From: an uncultured Gammaproteobacteria bacterium
GTDB lineage: Bacteria; Patescibacteriota; Patescibacteriia; UBA9934
NCBI GenBank assembly: GCA_964613815.1
Contig: CAZTKG010000001.1
Span: 136,895 to 200,894 of the forward strand
Direction: 5' to 3'
Length of the DNA: 64,000 nt
In this document: positions 46,224 through 53,132 of the stretch, piece by piece
Position numbering within the stretch: position 1 is the first letter of the stretch
How the letters are laid out: the number at the start of each line of letters is the position of its first letter
Translations under genes and position numbers: made by a program
Notes under the pieces: model-generated
Seen by the model: only the letters and a program-made list of their open reading frames with translations
The model's database searches: none
Told to the model about the DNA's origin: nothing

Positions 46224-46661
46224 ATGACCACTCTCGAACAGCACGTCCTCACTGGACTTCGGGCGCATAGTGCGCAGATACTTCGTTTTAGCCTTGGTGT
46301 TGTCTTTCTCTGGTTTGGCGTCATGAAGTTAATGATGAATACGCCGGTGACCGAGCTTTTGGCGGCGACGTATACCATGCTGCCGGTGATGGAGACTGTT
46401 ATTGTGCTCGGAGTTCTGGAAGTCTTTGTAGCGATCGGACTTCTTTGCGGGATCTTTTTGCGGACGACGATTGCGTTCACGGTTCTTCACCTTCTTGGGA
46501 CGTTTTTTACGTTAGCTCTTAATCCCTCCCTCTTTTTTGAACCTGGGCAGTTTTGGATTCTGACGTTTGAGGGGGAATTTATTATCAAAAATGTTGTGCT
46601 ACTTGCTGCGGCGCTTGTGATTGCGGGGCATCAGACGCATGAGAAGAAGTACGGGAAATAA
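46224..46661 (+). CDS. Small four-TM membrane protein (DoxX/YkgB-like), 145 aa
   Basis: Start MTTLEQHVL. A TATAAT box ends 6 nt before the ATG, suggesting a possibly leaderless transcript. Four hydrophobic helices. Confidence 0.5.
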   Translation: MTTLEQHVLTGLRAHSAQILRFSLGVVFLWFGVMKLMMNTPVTELLAATYTMLPVMETVIVLGVLEVFVAIGLLCGIFLRTTIAFTVLHLLGTFFTLALNPSLFFEPGQFWILTFEGEFIIKNVVLLAAALVIAGHQTHEKKYGK

Positions 46662-46679
46662 AAAATCCTCCTGAGGTTT

Positions 46680-47048
46680 TCAGGCGGACAAGTGGTAGAT
46701 GTTGAGGCCGTCGGCGCGCCAGGCGAGGCCGATGAGGCCGCCTCGGTGGAGCATTGCGGCCGCGCCTCCATCGGCGATGATGGTGAGCATGGTGCGGAGC
46801 CCCTCTAGGTAATGGACTCTGTATGGGATCCCCTGAACCCAAGGGATGTCACCACTGAGTATCACGTCCATCCCCCGCTCATTGAACTTGACCCTAATGC
46901 CAGCGGCATAGAATATCACGCCCCAGTCTGTGGTCATGTTACGGAAGATACGCCTGACATTGGCACGGTCGTTCTTGTGAGCCCCCGGGGTTTGGATGAT
47001 TTCGGATGCGTCTTCGCTGGTCACGACGGTGATCTGCTGTACTTTCAT
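46680..47048 (-). CDS. Hypothetical protein (122 aa from MKVQQITVV)
   Basis: ORF; divergent from the phosphatase gene. Confidence 0.4.
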   Translation of the reverse strand: MKVQQITVVTSEDASEIIQTPGAHKNDRANVRRIFRNMTTDWGVIFYAAGIRVKFNERGMDVILSGDIPWVQGIPYRVHYLEGLRTMLTIIADGGAAAMLHRGGLIGLAWRADGLNIYHLSA

Positions 47049-47130
47049 GATTTCTCCAAGGTGCGCATGCAGACTATCATGCGGACATGGCATTGTCCAT
47101 GCTATTTCCTATCATCAAATCAGACCACTT

Positions 47131-47583
47131 ATGCAAGACCACGAAGCAATTGAAAGCGTTAGCCAGATCACAGACCAACTCTATGTTGGGTCGAGTTTTT
47201 GTTGCCAGACGCATTTTTCGGAGAAGCTTTTGGCATTAGGGATCTCGGCGGATGTTTCGATGCAGCTTGAGAGGATCGACCGAGCTGAGGGGGCGGAGTC
47301 TTACTTGTGGCTGCCAGTGATGGATATGACGGCGCCGAGTCAGGATGTTTTGAAGATTGGAGCGGATCATATCGCGAGCTTGATCGCGCTCGGGCGGAAG
47401 GTGTTTGTGCATTGTCGGAATGGGCATGGACGGGCGCCGACGATGGCGAGCGCGTACCTTGTCAGCACTGGAATGAACGCGGAGGAGGCAATGCATCTTG
47501 TTATGAAAAAGCGGCCCGAGACGCATATGAATGCGGAGCAGCGGGCCGCTGTTGAGGAGTTTGCTGTTCGGTTTTCCGCGTAG
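47131..47583 (+). CDS. Dual-specificity / protein-tyrosine phosphatase (CX5R family)
   Basis: Active-site P-loop VHCRNGHGRAPTM (HCxxGxxR) with an upstream Asp-containing loop. Start taken at MQDHEAIES. Confidence 0.7.
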   Translation: MQDHEAIESVSQITDQLYVGSSFCCQTHFSEKLLALGISADVSMQLERIDRAEGAESYLWLPVMDMTAPSQDVLKIGADHIASLIALGRKVFVHCRNGHGRAPTMASAYLVSTGMNAEEAMHLVMKKRPETHMNAEQRAAVEEFAVRFSA

Positions 47584-47655
47584 TTTGTATCCGTAAACGA
47601 TAAAGCCGCACTCGAGAGTCCGAGTGCGGCTCTTTGAGTGCGGCAAAGATGAGGA

Positions 47656-48147
47656 TCAGGGAGCGAGGACGTCGCAGCCGGTGCCCTCGCAGCCCACGAA
47701 GTTCGAGAGGTTGACGTAGTAGGGCTGCCCGAATACCGGGCGGCTGGCTGTGAACTGGCTCTGCGTGGCCATCTCAGCGCCTACGGTGAGGCGAGCGTCG
47801 GGGATGCTCGTGACCACGCCACGGACGTCTCGAGTCTCGATCCGAAGTTCGATGTACTCGAACGTCGCGATCATGAAGCTCGGGACGCGGTAGGTCGCGA
47901 CCCCGACCTCGGCCATGACCGAGCCGTTCAGGTTGTACATCCCGGTCCAGGGACCGTCGACGGCGTTGATGTCCTTGGTCAGGAGGCGGACGAGCGGGTA
48001 GTCACCGGTCCAGTCCACCATCACGAAGTTGGAGACCAGGAGCGGCTCACCGACTTCGTTCTCCTTGGCGTCTCCCTAGGTGGCGAGCGCGGTGTTCGGG
48101 ATCAGCGTTCCGAGGCCCAGGAGGGCGAGGAAAATCAGGTTGCGCAT
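47656..48147 (-). pseudogene. Secreted protein gene interrupted by a single in-frame TAG (codon 24, directly after the predicted signal peptide MRNLIFLALLGLGTLIPNTALAT); possible pseudogene, sequencing error or stop-codon readthrough
   Basis: ATG at 48147 and TAG at 48076-48078 are in the same frame as the downstream ORF 47656..48024. Upstream there is a TTGACA-N17-TATACA promoter. Confidence 0.45.
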
Positions 48148-48294
48148 TGGCAAACCCCTGTGATAGTTGTGGTAAAAAAGGTCTGTCGGCTATCCCTGCC
48201 GTAGGGGTACTGAGACATATATGTATAGCACAAAAAATTGCTTTTGTCAATGTGATAACCCTGTTTTGTGTGTCTTTGTTGCGTTTTGAGCTAA

Positions 48295-50010
48295 CTAATC
48301 CACCACACTCCCTCCAAACGCTAACGCGAGGTCGTGGAGGTTTTTTTCGTCTTCTGAGAGTTCGAGGATTGGTTCGATTTTCACGGAGCCCTGCATGACC
48401 TTGCCTACCGCTTCTTCGATGATGTCGAGATGCTTGCGGGCGTTACAGGTTTCGAAGTGAAACGCGTGCGTGAATGAGAGGACAACGACGTTTCCTCGGA
48501 TAGATGTTGGCTTTGCGGACTTGAGGACTAAGGGTAGGGCAACGCTTCTTTTCGCGACCAGCTCGCAGCAGCGGCCCCATTTTGCGGCAAGGTCTTCTGC
48601 GGTGAATTTGGCTAGCGGGGCTTCATCTGTTGTTTTTTTTTGAGGTTCTTCATTCCCGTCCTGAGGAGGGAGAGCTGAGCCGACTGACGGAAGGATCTCT
48701 TCCGACTTCCCCATATCGACCGGTGTGGAGATATCTTGCATTTTGGCCGCGGCCTGAGATCTCTCCGCAGGGTCGAGATAGGAGGCGGGAGTTTGTGTTG
48801 GCGGTGATGACTGCGGCGATCGTGATGGCTGTGCCGCGTGGGGGGAGATCCTTCCGTCGAGGGGGGTATCCCTCGACTCAGGATGGGAGGGAGGCGGAGA
48901 CTGTGTCGGTGATAGCAGCTGTGCTGACCCTTCTTCCTCGCAGAATTCTACAAATGCAATTTCTATTGGGAGCTGTGGGAAGAGCTCGTGTGCCGGTCTT
49001 GATCTTGCGGTGAGCAGGAGGTCGATGAGTTTTCTTGCGCGTGCGGACGGGAGCGCGGTTGCGGATGATTTGAGGTTTGCGAGCGCTTGTTCGTCGTAGC
49101 GTTCTGAAAGGTTGCCTCCGAGGCCGGTGAGCATGACGTCGCGGACGTATTCGATGAGTTCGTCGAGGAGGTGGCGGACGGAGGTACCTGCTGCTGTGGC
49201 CTCGGTGAGCTTGTCGATGGAGGCTTTTGCGTCCGATGTGGCGAGGGTTGTGGTCATTTGTGCAACGAGATCGGCGTGGGTCTTTGGAAGGACAAGCGAG
49301 GCGTCGTCTGTGGATATCTCGTCGAGGCCGAGTGCGAGGACCTGTTCGAGGATGCTTTCTGCGTCTCGGAGGCAGCCTTCTGAAAGGCGGGCGATGGATG
49401 GGTAGACTTCGTCGGCGATCTTGACACCTTCTTTTTCTGACAGCAGCTTTAGGCGACCGATCATGCCTTTCATGGAGATTCTGTGAAAATCAAAACGCTG
49501 ACATCTGGAAAGGATGGTTTGCGGGATTTTGTGGAGCTCGGTTGTGGCGAGGATGAAGATAACGTGTGCTGGAGGTTCTTCGAGGGTTTTGAGGAGGGCG
49601 TTGAACGCTGAGGTTGAAAGCATGTGGACCTCGTCGATGATGAAGACTTTTTTGCGATCTCCGCCTGGAGAGACGCGGGCGGCTTCGATGATGTTTTCTC
49701 GGACGTTGTCGACACCTGTGTGAGACGCGGCGTCGATTTCTGCGACGACCATTGTTCGGCCGTTTGTAATGCCTTCGCAGGACTGGCACGTACCGCAGGG
49801 CTCGTAGCCGTCTTTTAGCTCTCCGCAGTTGACGGCTTTTGCGAGGAGGCGGGCCGTGGTCGTCTTCCCTACTCCGCGCGGGCCGGAGAAAATGTAGGCA
49901 TGAGCGACTTTGTCTTGTTTTATTTGGTTTTGAATGGTTTTGGAGACGTGCTCTTGGCCGCAGACGTCTGCGAATGTTTGTGGGCGGTATTTTCGATAGA
50001 GTGAAGGCAT
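48295..50010 (-). CDS. dnaX: DNA polymerase III subunit gamma/tau DnaX, carrying in-frame REP-B plus nested REP-A insertions in the linker region
   Basis: Start MPSLYRKYRPQTFADVCGQEHV (ATG 50010; the track ORF extends 52 codons into the upstream REP-B). Walker A GPRGVGKTT, Zn module CGTCQSC, SRC motif, conserved C-terminal domain. About 88 aa of translated repeat sits between domain III and the C-terminal domain. Confidence 0.85.
   Translation of the reverse strand: MPSLYRKYRPQTFADVCGQEHVSKTIQNQIKQDKVAHAYIFSGPRGVGKTTTARLLAKAVNCGELKDGYEPCGTCQSCEGITNGRTMVVAEIDAASHTGVDNVRENIIEAARVSPGGDRKKVFIIDEVHMLSTSAFNALLKTLEEPPAHVIFILATTELHKIPQTILSRCQRFDFHRISMKGMIGRLKLLSEKEGVKIADEVYPSIARLSEGCLRDAESILEQVLALGLDEISTDDASLVLPKTHADLVAQMTTTLATSDAKASIDKLTEATAAGTSVRHLLDELIEYVRDVMLTGLGGNLSERYDEQALANLKSSATALPSARARKLIDLLLTARSRPAHELFPQLPIEIAFVEFCEEEGSAQLLSPTQSPPPSHPESRDTPLDGRISPHAAQPSRSPQSSPPTQTPASYLDPAERSQAAAKMQDISTPVDMGKSEEILPSVGSALPPQDGNEEPQKKTTDEAPLAKFTAEDLAAKWGRCCELVAKRSVALPLVLKSAKPTSIRGNVVVLSFTHAFHFETCNARKHLDIIEEAVGKVMQGSVKIEPILELSEDEKNLHDLALAFGGSVVD
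48640..48905. repeat. Composite repeat inside dnaX: REP-B left arm (48640-48710), a degenerate REP-A (48711-48784), about 60 nt, and the REP-B right arm (about 48845-48905)
   Basis: TCCTGAGGAGGGAGAGCTGAGCCGACTGACGGAAGGATCTC | CCCATATCGACCGGTGTGGAGATATCT...AGATCTCTCCGCAGGGTCGAGATAGG | ...GAGATCCTTCCGTCGAGGGGGGTATCCCTCGACTCAGGATGGGAGGG. Confidence 0.8.
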
Positions 50011-50046
50011 AGATGATGGGAGTTTAACATATCCTTCCGCGTCGAC

Positions 50047-50190
50047 CGAGTCTGACATGCCTCCCATCCTGAGGAAGGAGAGCGCCAGCCGACGGACGGA
50101 AGGATCTCGTGCCGCGCGGCATGGACGTCGATGTCCGCACGGGATCCTTCCGTCGGGGGCGGCCATCCCCCTCCTCAGGATGGGAGCTCA
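50047..50190. repeat. REP-B palindromic element in the dnaX 5' leader
   Basis: CCTCCCATCCTGAGGAAGGAGAGCGCCAGCCGACGGACGGAAGGATCTCGTGCCGCGCGGCATGGACGTCGATGTCCGCACGGGATCCTTCCGTCGGGGGCGGCCATCCCCCTCCTCAGGATGGGAGC. Confidence 0.8.
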
Positions 50191-50261
50191 GGTATTGACA
50201 CTTCCCTCATCCTCTGCTAGCGTTAGCGCGCTCCTTCCCTCATTCACACCCGGAGAACACT

Positions 50262-50897
50262 TTGGAACCCAAACTCTCTATCTTCGCTCCTCACGCCGAC
50301 AATCGCGATGCACTCTACAGGGTCATCGGCGAACTCGCCAAGGCCGAACCCATCTCTCGCGACAAGATCCGCCTGACCCTCAGCGAGCGCTGCCACCTCC
50401 TCTTCTACCGCATGCACACGCAGGTGAAAGAAGTATCCACGCCCTTCTACCTCATGTGCTTTGGGTCGGGGTCGGAAGAAGCGCTCCAGCAGGCCACCGA
50501 ATCGATTCACGGTGCCGAGATCTGTGCGATGGGCAAGATCCTTGGCGCGCGGTGGCACGAGCTCCGCGGAGCCTTTGCTCTCGAGAGCATCCGCGACATG
50601 GGCATCGCTATCTCGCCGGCATCGCTCAAGTTCCTCGCCAACGATCCCGCAGAACCCGACCGAGACAAGCTCCTTCTGACGGTCCCTGATCTCATCGGAG
50701 GAGACAACGACATCGCCCTCTTCCACGCGCTGGGAATCGCTGAACTCGAGAAGATGTACCCCAACGCCCGCATCGACCAGATCGTCATCCACCGTGGCTT
50801 CGATGGCGTGCCGCGCTCGTGGATCATCCACATGCGCCCGGTTACGCCGATCCAGCGAATCCTTGCGGCACTGGGTCGTGGCCCTGCCGGGAAGTGA
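50262..50897 (+). CDS. Hypothetical protein (211 aa), monocistronic
   Basis: Upstream TTGACA-N17-TAGCGT. Downstream terminator CCCCCCTCCGGGGG plus a T-run. No TM segments. Confidence 0.45.
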   Translation: MEPKLSIFAPHADNRDALYRVIGELAKAEPISRDKIRLTLSERCHLLFYRMHTQVKEVSTPFYLMCFGSGSEEALQQATESIHGAEICAMGKILGARWHELRGAFALESIRDMGIAISPASLKFLANDPAEPDRDKLLLTVPDLIGGDNDIALFHALGIAELEKMYPNARIDQIVIHRGFDGVPRSWIIHMRPVTPIQRILAALGRGPAGK

Positions 50898-50911
50898 TTC
50901 GGACAGCGTCC

Positions 50912-50940
50912 GCCCCCCCTCCGGGGGTTTCTTTTTTTTC
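50912..50940 (+). terminator. Rho-independent terminator (CCCCCCTCCGGGGGTTTCTTTTTTTT)
   Basis: GC stem and a long T-run. Confidence 0.6.
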
Positions 50941-50983
50941 AAAATCTGCTACGGTCTTAGCGCCCTTTTCACCCGGAGGCCTT

Positions 50984-51631
50984 GTGCCCGTTATCACCCC
51001 TGAAGAAGCCCCCTTCCCTCCCGTGATCTACGTCGTCAATGACGGCCTAGTGCCATTCCCGGATGGATTCACGTCTAATCCGCTCAATGCCATGATCGTA
51101 CCCCATCTGTTTTACTTTTTGGGTCGTTCGGTGCGATATGCAGGTGACGACCCAGTGATCTGTCTTGTCATGACCGACACTTCATTTCTGACGATCATGT
51201 CTGCGATTGCAGCTATTCAGGCACAATTCCATGACACGCCGCTCTTCATCCACGGGCTCCTGTCCATCGCCCCCTCGGGCCAGGATATGTTGGCGGATTT
51301 TGTGTACTTCCCTCGTCACGGCAGTAATGGCGCCTGTCCAGATGTCCCGCCGTCGGTTCTGGCGAAGTTCAAGCTTCTCGTGAACCCAGCGACCGTGGTG
51401 CCGCCCGGCCCCGCTGGACCGGACTGGCATCGACGCGTCAAGCAAGCCGACCGCGTCACTGTGCGGTCGCCCTACAGCGACCCGCTCAAGCATCGCCTCT
51501 TTCTCGACGCGGTCATGGTCGCGCTGAACGGAAGGCCGTTCAACACCCGTCCGCGCCTGGATAGCGTGAACTCGTTCAGACTCCATGCGGCCGGCATGAC
51601 TGCCGACTCCTGGCTCGTTCGGCACGGGTAG
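50984..51631 (+). CDS. Hypothetical protein (215 aa), GTG start preceded by GGAGG
   Basis: The track ORF starts at 50819; GGAGG at 50975-50979 and an in-frame GTG at 50984. Confidence 0.4.
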   Translation: MPVITPEEAPFPPVIYVVNDGLVPFPDGFTSNPLNAMIVPHLFYFLGRSVRYAGDDPVICLVMTDTSFLTIMSAIAAIQAQFHDTPLFIHGLLSIAPSGQDMLADFVYFPRHGSNGACPDVPPSVLAKFKLLVNPATVVPPGPAGPDWHRRVKQADRVTVRSPYSDPLKHRLFLDAVMVALNGRPFNTRPRLDSVNSFRLHAAGMTADSWLVRHG

Positions 51632-51728
51632 CGTGCTCAACCTCTTCTGATTTGGAAGGGGATTTTTTATTGACATTAGCCACTGGCCTTGATAGCGTTT
51701 GGTCGCACACTCGCACCTTGGAGATATC

Positions 51729-52253
51729 GTGGTTTTTATTCACAGCGAGCAGTTCCCCCTCCGCACTCGGTCACCTGCCCATGTGTACCCTGCCGACATG
51801 TGCAGCGTCACGGTTGCAAGCTTTGTCGCGAGAGGCGAGAGGCACTACATCGTCGCGCACTCGCAGGATGAGAGGTTTAGCAGCGAGCGCCACTGGGAAG
51901 CGATCATTCGTCAACACACGAGCCTCATTCCCGACCTGGGTACGCCTACCGACTTCAAGTACTTCTTCATGAACCTCGATACCGGAACTACGTACTGCGG
52001 CGAATTTTGGACCCCGGGCGTCCTCGACCATCTCGACCTTCTCCTGAACCGATTGACGCATCGAGCGAGAGGCGATACGCACTTGATCCTCTGTCCGGAT
52101 GTATTCCGTATAGCGCCGCTCGCTGGAGAATTCTTCTTCTTGATGCTCTTGCGTATTCGGAAGCAGGGCCAGTCCTACACCGCCAACCCGACGTGCGAAC
52201 TGTCACGTGGCAATAGCCTCCTTCCTGTGGAATGGGTCGTGACCTGCCACTAG
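51729..52253 (+). CDS. Hypothetical protein (174 aa), GTG start preceded by GGAG
   Basis: The promoter TTGACA-N17-TAGCGT ends at 51698. The track's TTG start at 51699 is therefore implausible. GGAG-5 nt-GTG at 51729. A terminator follows the stop. Confidence 0.4.
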   Translation: MVFIHSEQFPLRTRSPAHVYPADMCSVTVASFVARGERHYIVAHSQDERFSSERHWEAIIRQHTSLIPDLGTPTDFKYFFMNLDTGTTYCGEFWTPGVLDHLDLLLNRLTHRARGDTHLILCPDVFRIAPLAGEFFFLMLLRIRKQGQSYTANPTCELSRGNSLLPVEWVVTCH

Positions 52254-52347
52254 CGCCGCCGCTGTTGGCGGTTTTTTATTTACCCTGATCTTTGACATCC
52301 TTACCTTCCCCTGCTACGATCGCTCCGCCCTTTCAAAGGAGAGCTTC

Positions 52348-52962
52348 ATGACCCCCTCGCCCATTCACACCATCCTGTCCCTCCAGGGGCCCGGTAGATT
52401 GCTTCGCCGTCATCTTCCCGGTGATGACCCCAATTTCCGACGCTTGCTTGCAGAGGGCGCGCGGCTGTACTTCTTGGACTTGGCGGACGGGACTACGAGT
52501 TGCTTCGCGATTTCTGAGTCAGATGCACAGCATCTTGGCAAGACGGTGAGCTCGTTTCTTCATAGCCTTTGCACGTTTGTCTCCAAGCGATACCTGTTCG
52601 TCCCGCCTCTGCCCCGCCATCCTCATGATGACCCCTGCATTCCGAATGGCGACTGTATGTTCGATGAGCTGATCTCCTTTGGACTGACCTTGAGCCCGAT
52701 GTCTGTTCAGCCGATCGTTCCCGAGGAGCGACCTGGCGTGAGCGACCCTCTTGCCGCGTGGCTTGCGGACATTGGCGATGCGCAGCACTTGATTCTGCGG
52801 ATTCCTTGGACGGATGTGGAGAGCGGCAATCCTCAGCACTGGGTTGGGATTGTTTTGCGTCAGCTCGATCGACTGCTCGGGTTCGGCGTTCATGTTCAGC
52901 TCGCTGGGAATTGGGGGGATGATCCTCGATGCCTGCTTCTGAATGTGATTCGGCGTTCGTAG
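52348..52962 (+). CDS. Hypothetical protein (204 aa), monocistronic
   Basis: AGGAG ribosome-binding site 8 nt before the ATG. Terminator ACCACCGAGAGATCGGTGGT plus T7 after the stop. Confidence 0.45.
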   Translation: MTPSPIHTILSLQGPGRLLRRHLPGDDPNFRRLLAEGARLYFLDLADGTTSCFAISESDAQHLGKTVSSFLHSLCTFVSKRYLFVPPLPRHPHDDPCIPNGDCMFDELISFGLTLSPMSVQPIVPEERPGVSDPLAAWLADIGDAQHLILRIPWTDVESGNPQHWVGIVLRQLDRLLGFGVHVQLAGNWGDDPRCLLLNVIRRS

Positions 52963-52970
52963 AGCGCGAA

Positions 52971-52998
52971 ACCACCGAGAGATCGGTGGTGTTTTTTT
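52971..52998 (+). terminator. Rho-independent terminator (ACCACCGAGAGATCGGTGGTGTTTTTTT)
   Basis: 8-bp stem, GAGA loop, T-run. Confidence 0.6.
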
Positions 52999-53002
52999 CG
53001 CC

Positions 53003-53078
53003 CCCCCATCTCGACCTTGTGGAGAGATCTTGCAGTCCTGCCGTGATCAGATCTCTCCACAAGGTCGAGATGGGAGCG
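53003..53078. repeat. REP-A palindromic element between convergent genes
   Basis: CCCCCATCTCGACCTTGTGGAGAGATCTTGCAGTCCTGCCGTGATCAGATCTCTCCACAAGGTCGAGATGGGAGCGG. Confidence 0.85.
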
Positions 53079-53132
53079 GGGAGATGATGAACATCTTTTG
53101 ACAGTTGAAAAGCGGCCATGTGGCCGCTTTTC

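Noticed and set aside
50047-50190. Structured RNA immediately upstream of dnaX; in Bacillus the SRP RNA gene precedes dnaX
   Set aside because: The same about 130-nt sequence recurs at 25481, inside mnmA (42153) and inside dnaX (48640). It lacks the SRP domain IV consensus (GGAAGCAGCCA...). It is the REP-B repeat.
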